Shown here: piece by piece, positions 61,595 to 64,000 of the stretch
How positions within the stretch are numbered: position 1 is the stretch's first letter
Layout of the letters: each line of letters begins with the position of its first letter
Assembly (NCBI GenBank): GCA_038205115.1
Contig: JBBRCE010000011.1
Coordinates: forward strand, 260 to 64,259
Direction of reading: 5' to 3'
Origin: Pirellulales bacterium
GTDB lineage: Bacteria > Planctomycetota > Planctomycetia > Pirellulales > JBBRCE01
DNA length: 64,000 nucleotides
Notes under the pieces: generated by a model
Told to the model about the DNA's origin: nothing
Databases searched by the model: none
What the model saw: only the letters and a program-made list of their open reading frames with translations
Translations under genes and position numbers: made by a program

Positions 61595-62890
61595 ATGGCC
61601 ATTCACAGCTTTTGCGACGGATTCAAACGGCGTGATTTCATCAAGGTCGGCGTGGCAGGCGGCATCGGACTCAATCTGGCGAGCTACCTCCGCATGGCTC
61701 ACGCCGGCGAAGTGGCGCAGGCCAAAGGCAAGGCCGCCATTTTCGTCAACCTGGCGGGCGGACCGTCGCATATGGATATGTTCGATCTCAAGCCGGATGC
61801 GCCGGCCGAATATCGCGGCGAATTCAATCCCATCAAAACCAATGTGCCCGGCGTGGAAATTTGCGAGCATTTTCCAAAGCTGGCGCAGTGCGCCGATAAA
61901 TTTACCGTGCTGCGTGGCGTCAGTCATAGCATTGCCGCGCACGCGTTGGGTACGGACTACATGAACACCGGTAATCGTCCGCTGGCATCGTTGTCTTTCC
62001 CGGGCTATGGGGCGGTGGTGACCAAAGAGTTGGCGACTCCCAAAAACTTGCCATCGTTTGTCGCCATTCCCAACACGCCGCAGCGCGCTGGTTACCTGGG
62101 CGTTCAGTACGCACCCCTGCAAACCAATGCCTCGCCGACGCCCGGCAAGGCGTTTTCGGTCCGCGGTATTTCGCTGCCGGGTGGTTTAACGCTCAGCGAA
62201 GTCGAACGTCGTCAAAAACTGCTGGGCGATTTGGACACGGTGTTCAAAGGCTTTGAGTCCAACAATAACCTGGTCGAAGGTTTGGATGAATTTTCTCGCC
62301 AGGCGCACGACATCATCACGTCGCCCAAGGCGCGCGAGGCGTTTGATATCAGCCGCGAGCCGAGCTCCATTGCCAAGCAGTTTGGCGAATCGCAATTCGG
62401 ACTGAGTTGCTTGCTCGCCACGCGGTTGGTCGAGTCTGGCGTACGCTTCGTCACGGTGAACATCGGCGGCTGGGACACGCACGCCAACAACTTTCAGTCG
62501 CTCAAAAGCACCAAGCTGCCCATGCTCGACGAAGGTTTGGCCGCGTTGTTTAACTCGCTTTCCGAAAAAGGCCTGCTCGACACGACATCGGTCTTTGTGA
62601 CCGGCGAATTTGGCCGCACGCCTAAGATCAATCCCAACGCCGGGCGCGATCACTGGCCGCGCGCCATGTTCTGCTTGCTGGCTGGCGGCGGCATGAAGAT
62701 GGGCCAGGTGATTGGTGCCAGCGATGCAAACGGCATGGGCCCTGCGCATGATGCAATCTCGCCGGATATGGTGGCCGCTTCATTCTACCAAAGCCTGGGC
62801 ATCGACTTTCGCAAGGAATATCGCACTGGCACCGGCCGCCCTGTGATGATTGTTCGCGAAGGCAAACTGATTCCCGAACTGTTCTCTTAA
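61595..62890 (+). CDS. DUF1501 (sulfatase-like/alkaline-phosphatase-fold) protein with a Tat-like signal
   Basis: 'RRDFIKVGVAGGIGL' twin-Arg motif and 'AIFVNLAGGPSHMDMFDLKPDAP', typical of DUF1501. Canonical partner of the preceding DUF1549/DUF1553 gene. Confidence 0.9.
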   Translation: MAIHSFCDGFKRRDFIKVGVAGGIGLNLASYLRMAHAGEVAQAKGKAAIFVNLAGGPSHMDMFDLKPDAPAEYRGEFNPIKTNVPGVEICEHFPKLAQCADKFTVLRGVSHSIAAHALGTDYMNTGNRPLASLSFPGYGAVVTKELATPKNLPSFVAIPNTPQRAGYLGVQYAPLQTNASPTPGKAFSVRGISLPGGLTLSEVERRQKLLGDLDTVFKGFESNNNLVEGLDEFSRQAHDIITSPKAREAFDISREPSSIAKQFGESQFGLSCLLATRLVESGVRFVTVNIGGWDTHANNFQSLKSTKLPMLDEGLAALFNSLSEKGLLDTTSVFVTGEFGRTPKINPNAGRDHWPRAMFCLLAGGGMKMGQVIGASDANGMGPAHDAISPDMVAASFYQSLGIDFRKEYRTGTGRPVMIVREGKLIPELFS

Positions 62891-63271
62891 GCCACGGCTG
62901 CCGTTCACACTTCGCCTGACTGCTCCGCCAACCTGACATGCAGGAGTGCTACGGGCGACTCGCTTCGTGGGCCAATCAAATCGATGGTTCGCCAAAATTT
63001 CGTGCCGGCAGTTCCGCTTGCATTAGCCCGAGCCGCTTTAAGGGCCCTGCCAACTTTGACCTGCGGCTGTACGCCCGGTATCGATGGCAGGCACACGGGT
63101 TTCCGGGCAAGCAGTTGAATTTTGACCGCGGCAAGCATCATCAACGCCAGGCAGGATCGACTTGCCAGGCGACCTGATGATATTAGCCATTCTGATATTA
63201 ACAATGGCTGCATGTACGATTTTTGCTGTTGGGAGTTGACGCAATCAACAATTTTCCGTAACCTATTATCT

Positions 63272-63299
63272 CATGATCGATTACTAATGCGCGATCATG
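63272..63299. promoter_or_regulatory. Palindrome CATGATCG-N12-CGATCATG in an AT-rich region upstream of the LysR gene (candidate LTTR box)
   Basis: Perfect 8-bp inverted repeat flanking an AT-rich spacer. The surrounding 63180-63340 is strongly AT-enriched relative to the window. Confidence 0.35.
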
Positions 63300-63391
63300 T
63301 TTGTATAAGTAATGTTAATATCGCTAGTGTGTCGATCTCGCCCTGAGGGCGATCGGCTTTTGGCCGGGCAGTGCCTGATTTCGGGTCTTTG

Positions 63392-64000
63392 ATGCAGCTC
63401 AAATCGCTAAAGATCTTCTGCGATGTCGTCCACCGACGCAGCTTCTCGCGGGCGGCCGATGAAAACGGCATTTCTCAATCGGGCGCTAGCCAAGTGGTCA
63501 ACCAGTTGGAAGGCCGACTAGGAGTGAAACTGCTCGATCGCTCCAAGCGACCGTTTTCACTGACGCCTGAGGGCGAAATCTATTACGACGGCTGCCGCAA
63601 GCTGGTCGAACGCTACTCGGCCTTGGAAGAAGAAGTTCGCACGCTGCACGATGAGGTCGCCGGACGCGTCCGCGTGGCGTCCATTTATTCCGTCGGCCTG
63701 CATCACATGAGCCGGATCGCGCAGGATTTCATGGCACAGTATCCGAAGACTAATGTCAAACTGGAATACCTGCATCCGCATCGCGTTTACGAGGCCGTTG
63801 ATCGCGATCAGGCGGACGTCGGGTTGGTCAGCTATCCACGCAGCACGCGAACTCTGAAATCCATTGCCTGGCGAGTTGAGCCCATGGTGCTGGTCTGCGC
63901 CCCGCAGCATCGATTGGCAGGGCGCGAGCGGCTGGCGCTGGAGGATCTCGCCGGCGAGAAGATTGTCGGCTTCAACAGCGACTTGACGATCCGCCATGAG
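63392..64000 (+). CDS. LysR-family transcriptional regulator (3'-truncated by the window end)
   Basis: 'MQLKSLKIFCDVVHRRSFSRAADENGISQSGASQVVNQLEGRLGVKLLDR' is an N-terminal LysR HTH domain. Continues to the window edge. Confidence 0.85.
   Translation, partial: MQLKSLKIFCDVVHRRSFSRAADENGISQSGASQVVNQLEGRLGVKLLDRSKRPFSLTPEGEIYYDGCRKLVERYSALEEEVRTLHDEVAGRVRVASIYSVGLHHMSRIAQDFMAQYPKTNVKLEYLHPHRVYEAVDRDQADVGLVSYPRSTRTLKSIAWRVEPMVLVCAPQHRLAGRERLALEDLAGEKIVGFNSDLTIRHE

Overview
GC-rich chromosomal segment with a gene repertoire typical of Planctomycetota: a PSCyt/DUF1549/DUF1553 + DUF1501 pair, tandem sulfatases, DUF1080, PQQ-like propellers, a giant FG-GAP/SdrD-repeat surface protein and many hybrid histidine kinases. 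About 50 protein-coding genes are supported. Many of the listed ORFs, especially on the strand opposite real genes, are high-GC shadow ORFs and were rejected. Recognisable housekeeping genes are Fe/Mn superoxide dismutase, RNase PH, glycyl-tRNA synthetase, phosphohexomutase, the Cu(+) P-type ATPase CopA, a dGTP triphosphohydrolase-like HD protein and a MetE-like methyltransferase. Other notable content: a hopanoid shc-hpnH pair; a three-gene cluster of unknown function (DUF447 flavoprotein-like plus two membrane proteins); a sensorless HK, ANTAR response regulator, ComB-like and glyQS cluster; an ECF sigma/anti-sigma pair divergent from an unusual N/G/S/T-rich tandem-repeat protein and copA; a lower-GC BglII-family REase and MT-A70 adenine MTase pair next to the dGTPase, forming a candidate defence islet; a decayed ISAs1-family transposase remnant at the window start; and a 2.1-kb gene-free region (56.75-58.84 kb) carrying a near-consensus orphan promoter, hairpins and inverted repeats that may encode a small RNA. 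No rRNA, tRNA or CRISPR arrays were detected by eye.
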